Positions 1-11,564 of a stretch of DNA of 64,000 nt are shown piece after piece (positions within the stretch are counted from its first letter, which is position 1; each line of letters begins with the position of its first letter). The notes below the pieces were generated by a model. That model worked only from the letters and a program-made list of their open reading frames with translations. It ran no database searches and was not told the DNA's origin. The stretch is from Pseudogymnoascus verrucosus (lineage: Eukaryota), in NCBI GenBank assembly GCA_001662655.1, contig KV460207.1, one strand, 5' to 3'. Made by a program: the position numbers and the translations under genes.

Positions 1-1338
1 TGACTGTCTACCCCCAGTGAACCATGGACGTCAGAGCGCAGCGCAACAGGCCATCCAAGCGCAGTCTGCGCCTCTGAAGACGGTGTAGAGGAGACATGAA
101 CTTTAGCAGCGTGAAGCACGGCGTGTTCAGCAAACGTAAGATTCGTAGCATGAGACAAAACAATGTCCGGCCCCAGTAACCCATAAGAATCCAAAAGTTC
201 CACCGTAGACGCCTTCCCAAAAACAGGATTCTTCGCAACATGCGAAGTAATAACCTTCACCCCCGCCCTCCGGAACCGCTCAAAGATCCCGATGACAACT
301 TCCTGAGGGAGGAAGTAGAGGTCAAAACCGAGACCGATGGTGAGGCGGCCGTTGGCGTGGGGTTGGGACTTGGCAAGGGACTCGAGTTGATCTAGGGACC
401 AAGAAGAGAGGATATCGGATGAGGGGACGACGGTGGAGACGGTCCAGGAGGTTAGGGGGACGGAGGGTGTGGCGTAGGCGTAGGTGGAGCGGAGACCTGA
501 GGCGGTGGTTGCGGATAAGCATTGAGTTGCTGGGGGATGTTAGTGTGTGTTGCGAGGTAAAAAGGGGAAGGAGCGAAGGGGTATGGCTGAAAGGGCAGGA
601 ACGAGGGAGATGAGGTAAGAGTAACTGAGGTAAGAGCGAAGGAGTCAAGAACGAGTGAGGAAAGAACGAGTGGAGAAAAATGAGGTGGCAGGAGCGAGGA
701 ACAAGAGCGTGGGGACAAGAATGAGGCAGGGGCAATCGGGTGAGAGCTAGGAGGCAAGAATGAGGGGGGAAGAGCGAGGAGGCAGGAGCGAGGGCATAGG
801 AGTTTGAAGAGGCATGTGCGATAGGACAAAAGTGAAGAGGCAGGAGCAAAGAAAAAGCAAGGCAAGAGCGACTCACCATGTTCGGGGGTGTAGTTGCCGT
901 GCGAGTGGTCAAGGACATATGTGGTTCCCGCATCGATGGCTTCAAGACAGCCGGCTAGTTGGCCCCAGAACATGTCCTCTGGCGTGAAGTTGTAACTCTG
1001 CATATTTCCTACTCCATCCCGAGATTAGTATTTTGCTCATCATGTGGGGATTATGATGCTACAGTACCTGCCACCATATAGTCCAGCAGCGTCTCATCCA
1101 TATGCCGCCCCTTCAACTGCGTCTGCCATAGGTGATGATGCGTATCAATGAAGCCAGGGGAAACGATCTTGCCCTTGCAATCGATAATCGTAGTGCCTTG
1201 TGGCACCTCTATACCCGTCGCGATTTTTGCAATCAGGTTCCCTGTGACGAGAACATCAGTGTCACTGAGTGCAGTCACATAGTCTTCATCGTCGTGGTAT
1301 AGAACCGTTCCGCCCTGAAGGAGGATACTTGAGGTCAT
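1..1338 (-). CDS. Metal-dependent amidohydrolase (AtzA/TRZ, MTA/SAH-deaminase-like); 3' end lies outside the window
   Basis: N-terminal beta-sandwich followed by PGFIDTHHHLWQ (HxH metal motif) and EAIDAGTTYVLDHSH. Manual splicing with GT-AG introns 1009-1067 and 530-876 keeps the frame into ...KVITSHVAKNP...DIVLSHATN...GSLGVDS at the window edge. Confidence 0.9.
545..870. repeat. Low-complexity purine-rich (+ strand) degenerate repeat filling the second amidohydrolase intron
   Basis: Recurrent GAGGCAGGAGCGAGG / GAACGAGTG / ATGAGG units with few pyrimidines on the + strand. Confidence 0.7.
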
Positions 1339-1663
1339 GGTGAATGGTTTATACTATATGTAACCTTATAATTGATTCAATTTACTTCTTAGTAGCGGGC
1401 TTCCAAGGGGACTTTATATACGGAACGGTTACACGTAAGGGACACTCCATGTTCCTTCGTGTTATACAGATATTGATACAGGTATTATATTTGCTGACAA
1501 GGGATTAATCCGCCAGGGCGGCGGAGCCGATGAGTATATTCACATGCCTTCAAGATTTGATTCAGTTCTATGACGAGTCCATTTGACAGTGACAGGGCTT
1601 TAAACTAGTAAAGTCGTGTTCTGGGCCCGTCGAATGCCAAAGCTGGGCCGGCAATAGGAATCT

Positions 1664-1978
1664 CGGAATTCATGTCTCCAGTTTTCTGTCAAATGGATTT
1701 GATGTAGCTGGTAGATTTCAATCGGAATTTTGAGCTGTGAAGCCCGAAAGGCCGAGTGTTGGGTAAGCTGAGCGGAATTAAGTGCTCCTAGGCCCCGAAT
1801 TCCGATGCCGATCTGATGGAAATTGTTATTAACTTCGGAATATCCGGCTTATAGAAAAGTTTAAAAAGCTCTATATACTCTTCGTTTGCCAGATTCCGGT
1901 CTTCAGCGACCCCTTGGATCCTTATAAGCGGCTTTGGATCGCATACGTCAACACAGCCCTTGGAGTTCCGCAATTCCG
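1664..1978. promoter_or_regulatory. Cluster of CGGAATT motifs, candidate Zn2Cys6 transcription-factor sites in a divergent promoter
   Basis: Exact CGGAATT at 1664, 1723 and 1773 (+), and at 1798-1804 and 1972-1978 (-). Near-matches at 1836, about 1892 and about 1965. Confidence 0.5.
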
Positions 1979-2833
1979 CAACTCGTTCTCATCACGCCAT
2001 CCTTAGACCGTTTTAAAGCAACATGCTTCCATGTTCCTTTATCAAAAGGGAAGGTGACAGAAAAATAAAAAGGAGATGGGAATAGATCTGTATATCGAAC
2101 ATTCAGCTTCAACAATCCGAGGTACTCTATCTATATAGTCCTATATAGTCGGAGTCTGATACTGTCCGTCCCGCCCGGATTAGAGTTCGACGGGAATAGG
2201 GAGGCTCGGCCCCGTCTGGTAACTCTGGTTGAGTGGGGATGGCACATCACCGACACGTGACAAATTGCCATTGTCGGCGCAGCGCAGGAGTGAAGCACGA
2301 GATCAAGTTGTCTTAATCCACTTTTCCCGGAACTCGTCGCATTCGGTACTGCACATCAAAATAAAGTACGTATATTGTGGTACGGGGAGTAGCATCAAGC
2401 CGCACTAAGGCGTCAACATCAGCCTACCACATTCTGACTTTTGCTTACTTTGGTAGCTGCGACCCTGTATAGCATCCCAAGCTAAACCCTTCTCCTCCAA
2501 TCTCAGTGTTCTCAATTCGGCCTTATACATTTGGAGTCCCACGATACCTCCCCCCTCTTCCACCCTCCCCCCACTGTCTTGTCCAATTATGTGGTCCTCA
2601 AGGGACCAGCCCTCACTGGCAGCACACCCTTTTTCAGATGGTGTCATTGCAGGCATAAAGTAACGATCATTATGATCTGCCATTCAGTCGGTAGCTTGAT
2701 ATAGATTCCATATATATACCAGCACATAACCCGGGAGGGTTAACAATGGTCCCCCATTTCTTGCTTTTTCATTCTTTGAACCTCCCGCAGCAACTTGAAT
2801 CTCGAAGAAGCTATACCCTTCAGATAGGACGTC

Positions 2834-4774
2834 ATGGGGGAGGTAGAAGAAACTCCATCTCCATCGCCATCGCAGCGTAAAGCAGATTTGTCCCAGCCAG
2901 CATACGATGACTCCAAGCTTGAGGCCGGAGTGCTCTCGGTGACCGAGAGCGATACCTTTCGTAACGCGGCAGATGAAGCGGTTGCGGCAATCCCCAAGGG
3001 CACAATTGACCCGGTCTATGAGGCGAAAGCTCGTGTCTTGAACCATGCGGTAATTTAGCCAGAGGCCTTTTCCCAAGCACTCCGTCATTATCGGGCAGCT
3101 CATGGCTCAGATACTTATTGCTCCCAGATCCAAGAAATCGGGATGGGGTGGTATCAGTGGCAGCTATTCGTCGTCGTGGGGTTTGGCTGGGCAAACGACA
3201 ATCTGTGGCCCATTGTGACCTCTTTGATATGTAAAGATTCCTCGCTCAATTCAAATCTTCTGTTTCCCCATGCGTTTCTTGCAGTAATGTTAACAGCCTG
3301 CAGTCACTCCGATCAAAAACGAGTTCAATCCGTCCAAACCACCGCTTCTCAGTCTTGCACAGAATATAGGCCTCCTTGCAGGCGCTATGTTCTGGGGCTT
3401 TGGCTGTGACGTCTTCGGCAGAAAATGGGCATTCAACTTGACACTTGGTATCACAGCCGTATTTGGTCTGATCTCAGCAGGGTCCCCCAACTTCGCCTCC
3501 ATTGGAATCTTTGCTGCCCTCTGGAGTTTCGGCGTTGGCGGCAACCTCCCAGTGGACTCGGCTGTCTTCCTCGAATTTCTCCCAGGATCACATCAATATC
3601 TCCTGACAATTCTGTCGATTTACTGGGCAATTGCTCAGGTCGTGGCTACTCTGGTTGCCTGGCCGCTTCTGGGGAGCCACACATGTGAAGAGAAAACAGT
3701 GTGCCATAGATCTGATAACATGGGCTGGAGATACTTCGTCATAGTGATGGGGGCGATATCAATGGTTGAGTTCTTCGTCCGCTTTGGCTTCTTCACGGTC
3801 TTCGAGTCCCCGAAGTACCACATGGGTAAGGGAAATGATGAGGAGGCCGTCCGGATTGTCCATGAAGTCGCCAAAAGAAATGGAAAGGTTTCCAACCGTA
3901 AGCACCTACAACCAGCTACAACAGTTTCCTAACTAACACTCACAGTTACTCTCGCCGACCTCCAAGCCTGCGACCCGACTGGTGCTGGTGCACAAACCGA
4001 CGCAGCCGCAGCCCTAAAGCGTAAACTTGAGAAGTTCAACCTAACGCATGTGCGCGCCCTCTTTGCAACTCCAAAACTGGCACTATCAACGTCCTTGATC
4101 ATTTTGATCTGGGCCTTTATTGGATTGGGATACCCTCTCTACAACGCATTCCTGCCATACCTACAAGCAATCCGCGGCGCTGAGTTTGGTGACGGGTCCA
4201 CTTACCTCACCTACCGTAACTCGCTCATTGTGGCCGTCCTCGGTATCCCTGGCGCTCTGATAGGCGGTGCCCTCGTTGAGGTCCGCGGCTTTGGGAGGAA
4301 GGGCACACTTTCTGCCTCAACAGTTCTCACGGGGGTTTTCCTGTACGCCTCAACCACGGCAGTGACATCCAACGCGCTGCTAGGTTGGAATTGTGCCTTT
4401 AACTTCTTTTCGAATATAATGTTCGCAGTGCTTTATTCGTATACACCAGAGGTACGTAGCCCATATTGATTTTGGAATAACATCAACTAACAGGATGAAG
4501 GTATTCCCCACAAAAGACCGCGGGACAGGCAATGCGCTCACTGCGACGGCGAATCGGATCTTTGGGATCATGGCTGTAAGTTCTATATTTATTTTGTCTG
4601 TGGCGAAAGTCGGTTTGAGAATGAGATGCTAACATTAACATTAAGCCCATCATTGCAATGTATGCAAACCTGGAGACGTCAGCTCCGGTGTATACCAGTG
4701 GAGCTTTGTTCATTGCGGCAGGACTGCTTGTTATCATCTTGCCCTTTGAATCACAAGGGAAATCGAGTTTATAA
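2834..4774 (+). CDS. MFS transporter, SV2/SVOP-related family, 6 exons
   Basis: IQEIGMGWYQWQLFVVVGFGW, CDVFGRK (motif A-like), GVGGNLPVDSAVFLEFLP, FESPKY, FGRKG, YSYTPEVFPTKDRGTG. Introns at about 3050-3127, 3230-3303, 3898-3944, 4452-4500 and 4576-4645. Stop TAA at 4772-4774. Confidence 0.88.
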
Positions 4775-5169
4775 CTTGTATCTAGTAACGGAGGTCTAGC
4801 TAGAGTGTTGACCATTAGGTGTACTGATGCTGAATATTGAGTAATATATAAAACCTATTATAAGGTTATAAATGCAGAATTATTATTTTATACTTGCTTT
4901 AGCCAAATAAATTTGTTGGCTTAAATTTGTATATATGATAGTGGCCGACAATCTAATATTAGTTTGCCTCCTCTTGGCTCGCATCCTTCACGGTAGTTGG
5001 GCGGAGGCTTATAATCCCGATCTCGCCAACTTGTCAATCACCTTCTGAACACCACACAATCTCACAACCTATCATGTGCCATCAGGTTTAGGCTTATACG
5101 ACAGCGAGGCTGAGGACCAAACACGCTGAAGTTTCCACCAGAAAGGCCTCATTCCTTTCATCTCCCAAG

Positions 5170-5880
5170 ATGAAAGGACTGGGGGAATTACTCGGAAAGG
5201 CTCGTTTGTCAGAAACAGCCACCACCCCAGACACCTCAAGCCTCCCCACATTCACACCCTTCCCCCGCCTTCCCACCGAGCTCCGCACCGCCATCTGGCG
5301 CGCCGCCCTACCATGTAACCTCCACATCACCGAGCTTCTCATCTACAACAAAAGCATCGCACCCCATCTTATTGCCCACACGATCTTCAGCGTCAACCGT
5401 GAGTCCCGCGCCGAAGCATTCCGGGTCCTGCTGAACGCCCCACCACCGTACAGCTTGCCCGCCGACCCGGGACAAGACATCATTTCCCTTGATCCGCGGA
5501 TATGGAATGACCTACCTCACATGTCCGTCGGCAAGGCGCCTATACGCGCCGCTGTCAGCGATGTCGATCGTGCCTACCGATTCGTCGCTTCGACGCTGGT
5601 GGATAGCGAGGGAGGTCGGTTCGACAGCCTGCCAGTTGACATGCGGTTCTATTCAGCGTATGGCCACAACAATTTACCTGCGGGCCCGCGGGACTTCCAA
5701 GGTAGGCCGCTGAGGATGGATTTTTTTTGTGTTGCGAGGAAGTTAGGGAGGGGGAGGGGGGGGTTGGGGGGGGGATTCTATGTGAACAGTGCGGATGGTG
5801 GGGACGGATTGGTGGGGATAAGTGGGAGGAAGGACCAGGGGTCGAAGAAGCCTGTTTTGCGGGTTGTGTATGTGTTATAG
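5170..5880 (+). CDS. 2EXR-domain protein (F-box-like N-terminal motif)
   Basis: TFTPFPRLPTELRTAIWRAAL and FSVNRESRAEA match the fungal 2EXR signature. ATG start, 236-aa ORF. Confidence 0.72.
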   Translation: MKGLGELLGKARLSETATTPDTSSLPTFTPFPRLPTELRTAIWRAALPCNLHITELLIYNKSIAPHLIAHTIFSVNRESRAEAFRVLLNAPPPYSLPADPGQDIISLDPRIWNDLPHMSVGKAPIRAAVSDVDRAYRFVASTLVDSEGGRFDSLPVDMRFYSAYGHNNLPAGPRDFQGRPLRMDFFCVARKLGRGRGGLGGGFYVNSADGGDGLVGISGRKDQGSKKPVLRVVYVL

Positions 5881-6927
5881 TGAGATGCTTGGGTGGTACA
5901 TGGGGGGACTTCGGGGAGCAGGCAGGGGAGCGCTGCAATTCGGGCGTGCCGAATTCTTCATTTGTTAGCTTTGGCATCCTATTTTTCACACCTATCCATG
6001 GGCAAGGTACTATCCAGTTTGCAACGTATCTTTTGGTTGGGAGAACGGCAGGGGATAGTAAGCAGGTGACTTTCTAATATGCTGGCAACCGGAACGGTCT
6101 TATATTTCATGCCTGCACAAGAGATGGTGCATCAGCGCAGATAAACGTTGGATTTCGAAAATATAGCTATATATCTCTATGATCCGTCCGAACAATCCAT
6201 TTCGTTGCTTCATGATTGGGGTATAACCAAGAGTTTTTAGCTCAGTGGTGTTCTTGGAAATTGTATCCAGATCCTCCTCTTCTTCGCCTCTTAGAGGCTG
6301 GCGGCCGTGTAGCTGAACTTCCTTTTTTTTTCCGCTTCCGAAAGAGAAAAATGCGCAGACTGCCTCTCTCATTCTCATTAAATAGCCCTTTCTTCCTTCT
6401 TCCAACCTCTGAAGGACTTGGTCAGGGACCGGGTCTGCCTTCGAGCCATCGCGTCTTCATCGTGTCCCGTCCCCCCTCCTATCTCCTCAGGCAACTACAG
6501 ACGTTTCCCTACACCTGGAAGAATTTGAGGCTGATATCTGCTTTGCCGCTGCTCTCTCCTTCTATTCCTCTCTGCCATTCTTTGACTCTCGTGAGCTCCC
6601 CTGCATTTGGGGCCTCTACCAATCGCCATGAGGCGATGGCGTGGAGGAGGGCGTGGGGTTGCTGACGAACGCTATGGAATTTCCATGGGACTTCATTCCC
6701 TCCACTTTAGGTGCTGCACGACACGCCCACTGGACAGTTCCAGTCAATAGCATTGTAATCCCACCCATAACAGCCGTCGCAAAGTTGAAGGCCCGAGGCC
6801 AGAAGCTGCTATATAGCGCGCGGGACTCCATTGTGGATGCATTCAGCGTTCGACGCTCCAGATTCGTCGTGAATAGACATTAGAAGGACGTAGTACCCAG
6901 AAATAAGTACCAAATCGAAATATCGTA

Positions 6928-8785
6928 TCAGAGGCTGAAATCGACATTGCCCAAGGACGCGACAATTTTGTCTTCGTCGGTTACGTGTGTTGCTGATTGC
7001 GTTGTGGACGGAGAAGATTCGATGACTTCACCGCTGGTTCTAGTAGTGTTATGTCCAGTACCATTGCTACTAGTAGCAGTAGCATTGGTTCTCTGTCTCA
7101 GTTCTTCCCCCGAGGCAGTGTCTATCACAGTGACGTTCGCCACAGTAGGGTTCGCTTGGCCCTGTCTGATATTCTGAAAGGACCATGTAGGCTCAAAGCT
7201 CTGAGATTTCCAGGCGTGGCCGACTCGCTCGTACATTTCATCGATTTGCTCGAGTGTGAGCTTGGACGTCTCATACACCATGATCCAGACGAAGAAGAAT
7301 GCGAAGATGCAACAGACTCCCCAAACATAGAATATCTGAGGACCCAAATCCAATGCACCTGGGCCGCTTCCTAGAAGGTAAGGGGTCGTGTATGCGATTA
7401 TAAAGTTTAACAGCCAATTCGACGAGGTAGAAATTGACATCGATTTGGCGCGGACTTTCAGTGGGAAGATCTCTGCAGTAACGACCCAGCATACTGGACC
7501 CCACGTGGAGGCGAAGCAGAATAGGTAAATGCATATGAACGCAGCATACAACTTATTCGAAGTATCCGTACTCAAGCTGTGGACTGAGCCAACTGATGCC
7601 ACAATCAGTTGGCAAACAGCCATACTGACAGCGCCGACCATCAGCAGTCGGCGTCGACCGAGCGACTCGACAAAAACGATGCCAGGAAGTGTTCCAATAA
7701 CATTGACAGAGTTTGCGATCACCTGAAATAAAAACCCTGAACCGATGACTTTGTCGAAGAACGAGTTTCCAAAGTAGAAGATGAAGTTACAGCCACTCAA
7801 TTGTTGCAGCATGAAAAGACCACAGCCGGTAAGAAGGCGCCGACCGAGGTGGGGCGTTCCGAAGAAGACGTCGCGGTAGGTAGATGGGCCAAGGGAAACC
7901 TCGTAGGCATGGTTCGCTTCAATTTCCGCAATCTCGTCAACCAGAGCCGGGTGCGTGATATCTAATCGTCGAATTCGTGAAAGTGACGCTGCTGCTTCGG
8001 CATGGAGGCCACGCTTGATGAGGTATCTCGGCGTTTCTGGCAGGACGATCATGCCCAGTACGAGAATCGCTGCCCAAACGTACTGTAGCGCCACGGGGAT
8101 TTGGAACGACGCAGCGGTGTCGATTCTGTTGGAGAAATATTCGACTATTGCTGCAATGAGCAGCCCCACTGTGATCGCCAGTTGATATGTGCAAACTAAG
8201 ACTCCGCGAACCCATTTCGGTGCCATCTCGGATTGATATAGAGGAACGATGACAGAGATCATGCCCACGCCTACTCCAGCGACAAATCTAGTTGTAGTCA
8301 GTATTGTCTGATCATATATTCGATTGATGTCACATACCTTCCGGCCACATACAATGGGAGGGCCATTGACGCGACTTGAAGAGTGACTCCAATTGCGAAG
8401 ACGCCCACGGCAATCATCAGAGCACGTCGGCGACCAAGCTGATCGGCAAGCGGAGCTGCACCGAGCGCGCCGACAAATGTTCCAGCGCTGAGTATAGACA
8501 CGACCTCGGCCGTTTGGGCGGGAGTCAAGGCTTTCCTAGAGGGGTTCTTGGGATCGACTTGTGTCGCGAATTGATTGAGCCACCAGGGTGTCGCGATGAT
8601 GCCGCTGATGATCCTGCAGGCCCCAAGTTAGCCATGCGTCCCTCATAAGCATTCAAGGTATATCGCAAGCTGGTGTCTTACCCAGTATCGTAACCATAGA
8701 GGAGACCACCGAACGTGACGAAGAGGCCGATCAGGATAGCCGGTGCAGTCGTGCCGGCGACGTTGTCTGGTTTTTTCCAGAACAT
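6928..8785 (-). CDS. rco-3: Sugar-porter family glucose transporter/sensor, RCO-3/HXS1 orthologue, 3 exons
   Basis: MFWKKPDNVAG..APAILIGLFVTFGGLLYGYDTG, PLYQSEMAPKWVRG, LPETPRYLIKRG, RRLDITHPALVDE, QQLSGCNF, YETSKLTLEQIDEMYERV and the C-terminus KIVASLGNVDFSL closely follow Neurospora RCO-3 as I recall it. Introns 8614-8681 and 8288-8337. Confidence 0.9.
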
Positions 8786-9748
8786 AGCGACTGCAAGACC
8801 CTGCCTCCAGCGGAGGGCCCAGGTCGTTGTTGTTATCAGCTTCTGGCGGTTTTTCGTAGATGACAAGAGTGAGGTTTGTTTAGTTGTCGGTGATCTGCAG
8901 ATGATTAAAGTGCGGAGAAAGAAACATCATTGGATGAGACGAGGTGTAATCGAGCAACAAGTGGGCACTTGGCGATAGCAATGGTGGAGCCAAAAATTTG
9001 GGGTTTCTTAAGGTTCTGGGGTGGGTGGAGGAAGGATGTGGAGGTGTGGAGTATAAGTAGATTAGTACTCGTAAGCGCGGACACCAAGACTTTTGGGCCA
9101 ATGTTTATCAATCAAGGGGGGGAGACCGAGGAGAGTAACACGAATAAACAACTGCCAACAGCAACAATAACAGTAATGTCTCCCTGTAATAAATGATGCT
9201 GAGACAGAGAAGTATGATATACGCCTGGTACATAAGAGGCTATTGTGATATTTATGCGTCAATATTGATTTATTGTATAGGCTTTTGCTGCTTCATAAAT
9301 GCGGTAGATTTTGAGAACAGAACTCTCGACATGTGAGATCTTGAAGGAACTAACAACCAAGTACGACAATAATATGAGCATGAAAGAGAGAGCTTCTCCT
9401 CGATGCCTCGGCAGCGTACAGCAAGACAACAATGGACGCAGTATGGTTTGCGAACCGGGGTTTCAATGTGAGGTTTTGAATGGGGTGGCTGATCACTTCG
9501 GAATAGAGCCCCCTTGGCTCCTCGGCATTGTACAACAAGACGGCAAGGTGCATCAGAGGCAATTGAATTCCCTATTAAGTTTATAGAGACTGTGTTGCTG
9601 AATGAATGCAGGAAGGTTTGAGAACCGGATTTTGACTGCAAGGACTTGCACGGGGCGTCAGCCACCACTGCGACTATATCTACTTGAGCCCCTTCCTTCC
9701 GCAACATGGTGTAACCAGACGGCAAGGCACATATATGCGCCAGCACAC

Positions 9749-10919
9749 TCAATCAACCACATACTTTGGCTCTATTTCCTCAGCCTTACAGCTCCTCTTC
9801 ACAACAACTTGGTCCCAGTCCACGCCATCCAATATTCGCAGATTCACAGGCAATATCTCTGGCCATATGGTCTGTATTGTATCTGGCCAATTTGCCGCTT
9901 CTTCCGGCAACCCTTTTTTGCCAATATGGACGGACACGCCACAGATCGAGCAGAACTTGTGCTGCTGGAATTTGCGACCCATCATGTACGCTGTGAGGCT
10001 GTTGGTCGGGTCTGAGATGGAGACCTGAGGACGGAGGGGGTAGAAGAAGATTGTGCCATTCTGGAGCAATGTTAGTTGAACAGATTGCGGAAAGACAAAA
10101 GTTGAGTAAGGTAGTAATAGCTGCAAGGAGATATAAAATGCGGGGTTGCGGTGTAATAAACAGATACATACCCGCATGCAAATACTGCAATTGCATTCCT
10201 GAACATATTCCGTATGCTCGGCGAAGGGACTCCCCGGTCCTCTAATTTCTGGCAGTGTCTGTCCCTTGCTTGGGAGAGGCTTCGCCTTGACCGCCACGGT
10301 CACATTGCCACAGTGGCAACTTCCAGTAAAGATGGTCGAATTCTCAATACCGGCAAGGGGCAGGGGGCCCGCGAATTCTTGTGGCTTGTATGCTGGTTCA
10401 CTTGCAGTGCCATCGTATCTGATATTGTTAGCGGGTGGAACGGTTGCTGGGAGCCAGTGAGAGCTTCTCACGGCTTGTTCTCGAGAGCCCATATATCGAC
10501 GCCCATCAACGTCCTGGCCTGCAACCACCATTAATCACGCAATAGAATCAGAAGGGCCTTGCGTACATTAATTCCCACATCGATACCCTGGATTTTCCCG
10601 TGAGGCAGGCCCAAGACATTGGTCCCGCAAGTTGGGCAGAACTATTGCCGTGAGTTTTGTCATTCTAAAAATTAATTGCCGATGATACCTTGTGAATCAT
10701 GGAGCCAGCTCCAAAGTCATACGCTTTCAATATTCCACCTCCCCTAACAATATTAAAATGGCTCGTATCTGTAAATATCCATTTGTAGCCATTTTTAAAA
10801 CAGGTATTGCAGTTGCATTCAATAAAGCTTTTTAACTCGGGGATTTGGATATTGAACTTGAATGCCCCACAGTGGCAGTTGCCGGAATAGGTCTTGAGCT
10901 CAGGAGTCTGTTCGGACAT
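9749..10919 (-). CDS. Tandem GFA/CENP-V (Mss4-like Zn-binding) domain protein, 5 exons
   Basis: Two copies of GxCHCG...CNCxxC...FCxxCG. Introns 10642-10688, 10519-10566, 10419-10471 and 10061-10171 splice in frame. Confidence 0.88.
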
Positions 10920-11564
10920 TGTCTTATTTAGGAACTGAGTCAGTGATTTTGATAACCTACTTGAACGATGTATGGGAACGACTGCATTTTATAATTCCTG
11001 GACCAGTTTTGGGTGCTGATCTCGCGTCGCTAATAGGCAACAACGGTTGCGTGTCGTTGACAACCATTGCCAACCGGCACCTGGTCTAAACGGAATAGGA
11101 AGGAATGTTTGTACGTCCCCAAATATTTGAATTGTACAAGTCAACATTTTGTGGTAGTAGAGGAATTGCCCCGCACCCCCAACATGGCCAAGGATAGTAA
11201 AAAGTGGCACTAATATTCTTTAGTATATCGAAACTTGGCAAAATTGCACTTGGACCAAAAATTAGCTTAAGGCCAACTGACAATATAATTGTAGAATCCG
11301 TATCTAATTATGTAGGAGGTCGTTAAGCATATTTATCAGAAATAGAAGCTCAAGCGCGTTGTGCTGGACCCTACAACGGTGTGACGCATCGCAGGGTATA
11401 ATTTTCACTACGCCCACCGGCCAGATCGGGCAACGGCGTGGACGGCACCGACGCTGCTTGGACCAGAACATAAATATAGAGTACGACTATTTGACCTTCA
11501 AACATCGAAACCATTACTTGCTTCTACCAACCTCGCTCCTCTGTGCCATTTCAATACGGTCTTA

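Noticed and set aside
322..945. ORF-track entries rich in Leu/Pro/Ser/His
   Set aside because: Read-through into the low-complexity intron and alternative frames of the amidohydrolase.
6100..6883. Several 70-150 aa ORFs downstream of rco-3
   Set aside because: No motifs and no consistent exon chain. Probably 3'UTR or intergenic DNA.
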